Source of the DNA: Escherichia coli
GTDB taxonomy: Bacteria > Pseudomonadota > Gammaproteobacteria > Enterobacterales > Enterobacteriaceae
Length of the DNA stretch: 64,000 bases
Reading direction: 5' to 3' (one strand)
NCBI RefSeq assembly: GCF_003334305.1
Contig: NZ_QOWS01000001.1
Shown here: positions 63,078 to 64,000 of the stretch, piece after piece
Layout of the letters: every line of letters starts with the position of its first letter
Numbering within the stretch: position 1 is the stretch's first letter
Notes under the pieces: generated by a model
Told to the model about the DNA's origin: nothing
The model's input: only the letters and a program-made list of their open reading frames with translations
The model's database searches: none
Program-made: the position numbers and the translations under genes

Positions 63078-63557
63078 ATGATGCTCGCGTTAGGTATGTT
63101 TGTTTTTATGCGCCAGACACTGCCACACCAGACCATGCAGCGTGAATCGGATTATCGCTGGCCGTCAAATTCCCGTATCGGTAAACGGGATGCCTACCAG
63201 TTTCTCGGTGTGGGTGAGGAAAACATCACGCTGGCCGGTGTGCTTTATCCCGAACTGACCGGCGGAAAGCTGACGATGACCACGCTCAGGCTGATGGCAG
63301 ATGAAGGTCGGGCGTGGCCGTTGCTGGATGGCACCGGCATGATTTACGGCATGTATGTCATCAGCAGGGTGAGTGAAACAGGGAGTATTTTCTTTGCAGA
63401 CGGCACACCCCGAAAAATTGATTTTACGCTGTCGCTCACCCGCGTTGACGAATCACTGGCCGCGCTTTATGGCGATATCGGTAAACAGGCGGAATCGCTC
63501 ATCGGTAAGGCTGGCAGTATGGCGACTAAATTCACAGGTATGACGGGGGCGGGATAA
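63078..63557 (+). CDS. U: Tail protein U
   Basis: 159 aa; position. Confidence 0.88.
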   Translation: MMLALGMFVFMRQTLPHQTMQRESDYRWPSNSRIGKRDAYQFLGVGEENITLAGVLYPELTGGKLTMTTLRLMADEGRAWPLLDGTGMIYGMYVISRVSETGSIFFADGTPRKIDFTLSLTRVDESLAALYGDIGKQAESLIGKAGSMATKFTGMTGAG

Positions 63558-64000
63558 TGCTGGATGCGCTGACATTTGATGCAGGCAGTACGCTGACGCC
63601 GGATTACATGCTGATGCTCGACAGCAGGGATATTACCGGCAATATCAGCGACCGTCTGATGAGCATGACTCTGACGGATAACCGGGGCTTTGAAGCTGAC
63701 CAGCTTGATATTGAACTGAACGATGCCGACGGGCAGGTCGGGCTGCCGGTTCGTGGCGCTGTCCTGACGGTGTATATCGGCTGGAAAGGTTTTGCCCTGG
63801 TATGCAAAGGGAAATTTACCGTTGATGAGGTTGAACACCGGGGCGCACCGGATGTGGTCACCATCCGCGCCCGGAGTGCAGATTTTCGCGGGACGCTCAA
63901 TTCCCGCCGTGAAGGCTCCTGGCATGACACCACGCTCGGTGCGATTGTTAAGGCGATAGCCACCCGTAACAGGCTGGAAGCCAGTGTCGCTCCGTCACTG
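63557..64000 (+). CDS. D: Tail protein D (late control region), 3'-truncated by window edge
   Basis: ATG overlapping the U stop; translation MLDALTFDAGSTLTPDYMLMLDSRDITGNISDRLMSMTLTDNRGFEADQLDIELNDADG. Confidence 0.85.
   Translation, partial: MLDALTFDAGSTLTPDYMLMLDSRDITGNISDRLMSMTLTDNRGFEADQLDIELNDADGQVGLPVRGAVLTVYIGWKGFALVCKGKFTVDEVEHRGAPDVVTIRARSADFRGTLNSRREGSWHDTTLGAIVKAIATRNRLEASVAPSL

Overview
Enterobacterial (E. coli-like) chromosome. The left ~34 kb is conserved core: yehI (partial)-molR-metG on the minus strand, then mrp, yehE, the yehDCBA chaperone-usher fimbrial operon, rcnB-rcnA / rcnR, a thiM TPP riboswitch with thiMD, yegX, yegW, yegVUT, fbaB, an intact gatYZABCD-gatR locus, yegS and yegR. 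The right ~30 kb is a P2-like prophage that starts at an attL core (34280-34306), has a cos site at 43207-43225, and runs off the window inside gene D. Its backbone is collinear with P2 (int, C, cox, B, A, then Q P / O N M L X Y K lysABC R S / V W J I H G / FI FII E-E' T U D). Three variable loci carry cargo that the backbone does not explain. The most interesting is an AT-rich two-gene module between gene A and cos (40531-43059): a ParB/Srx-fold protein followed by a Dam-family N6-adenine DNA methyltransferase, which I flag as a candidate undescribed defence or epigenetic system. The other two are a reverse-oriented AT-rich membrane protein between S and V (52646-53431) and a small antisense ORF at the G/FI junction. 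All gene names are assigned from reading the translations and remembered gene order and protein lengths; no database search was run. Coordinates of small sites (terminators, operators, att, cos) may be off by a base or two.
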